This document shows positions 62,977 to 64,000 of a DNA stretch of 64,000 nucleotides, piece by piece (position 1 is the first letter of the stretch; every line of letters begins with the position of its first letter). The stretch lies in the NCBI RefSeq assembly GCF_009914755.1, contig NC_060937.1; one strand, 5' to 3'. The translations under genes and the position numbers were made by a program. The DNA is from the human T2T-CHM13v2.0 reference genome, Homo sapiens. A model generated the notes under the pieces. That model was not told the origin of the DNA and ran no database searches. It was given only the letters and a program-made list of their open reading frames with translations.

Positions 62977-64000
62977 CAAAAAGATGGAAAATTCCAAAAA
63001 CCAGAATGCCTCTTCTCCAAAGGATCACAACTCCTCACCAACAAGGGAACAAAACTGGATGGAGAATGAGTTTGACAAATGGACAGAAGTAGACTTCAGA
63101 AGGTGGGTAATAGCAAACTCCTCCAAGCTACAGGATCATTTTCTAACCCAATATAAGAAAGCTAAGAACCTTGAAAAAAGGGTAGAGGAATTGCTAACTA
63201 GAGTAATCAGTTTAGAGAAGAACATAAATGACCTGGTGGAGCTGAAAAACACAGCACGAGAACTTCGCAAAGCGTACACAAGTATCAATAGCCAAATTGA
63301 TCAAGTGGAAAAAGAATATCAGAGATTGAAGATCAACTTAATGAAATAAAGCATGAAGACAAGATTAAAGAAAAAAGAATGAAAAGCAATGAACAAAGCC
63401 TTCAAGAAATATGGGACTATATGAAAAGACCAAACTTACGTTGAATTGGTGTACCTGAAAGTGATGGGGAGAATGGAACCAACTTGGAAAACACTATTGA
63501 GGATATTATCCAGGAGAACTTCCCCAACCTAGCAAGACAGGCCAACATTCAAATTCAGGAAATACAGAGAATACCACAGAGATACTTCTCGAGAAGAACA
63601 ACCACAAGGCACATAATCATCAGATTCACCAAGGTTGAAATGAAGGAAAAAATGTTAAGAGCAGCCAGAGAGAAAGGTCGGGTTACCCACAAAGGGAAGC
63701 CCATCAGACTAACAGCAGATCTCTCTGCAGAGACCCTACAAGCCAGAAGAGAGTTGGGGGCAATAGTCAACATTTTTAAAGAAAAGAATTTTCAACCCAG
63801 AATTTCATATCCAGCCAAACTGAGCTTCAATAAGCAAAGGATAAATAAAATCCTTTACAGACAGGCGAATGCTGAGAGATTTTGTCACCACCAGGGCTGC
63901 CTTACAAGAGCTCCTGAAGGAAGCACTAAATATGAAAAGGAAAAACCAGTACCAGCCACTGTAAAAAACATACCAAATTGCAAAGACCATTGACACTATG
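62977..64000 (+). mobile_element. Inverted 5' segment of the same L1 (ORF1; runs off the window)
   Basis: ORF1 '[24 protein letters not shown]...IIQENFPNLARQANIQIQEIQR...LRAAREKGRVTHKGKPIRLTADLSAETLQARR' on the plus strand, abutting antisense ORF2. Confidence 0.92.

Overview
Primate (human-like) genomic DNA, repeat-dense and intergenic or intronic. It contains Alu, L1PA/L1PB/L1M, L2, MIR, MaLR/ERV LTRs, Tigger3, MER5A and MADE1 elements. I recognise no host protein-coding exon, tRNA or rRNA. The long ORFs are L1 ORF1/ORF2 remnants or artefacts of a ~1 kb CA-rich repeat. I see no clearly new biological system. The most notable observations are: (1) a decayed ZMYM1-type hAT-transposase fossil at ~52.0-52.5 kb, with a possible TTF zinc-finger remnant on the opposite strand; (2) two L1PA copies 10.5 kb apart that share many private substitutions, suggesting ectopic gene conversion; (3) four separate 5'-inverted (twin-primed) L1s, two of them nested, one carrying a short 3' transduction; (4) an exact 44-bp templated insertion copied from ~900 bp away; (5) a MADE1 MITE split by an Alu; and (6) a few strongly bounded candidate exons of a possible spliced lncRNA. 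Repeat subfamily names come from recalled consensus sequences, and boundaries of old elements are approximate.
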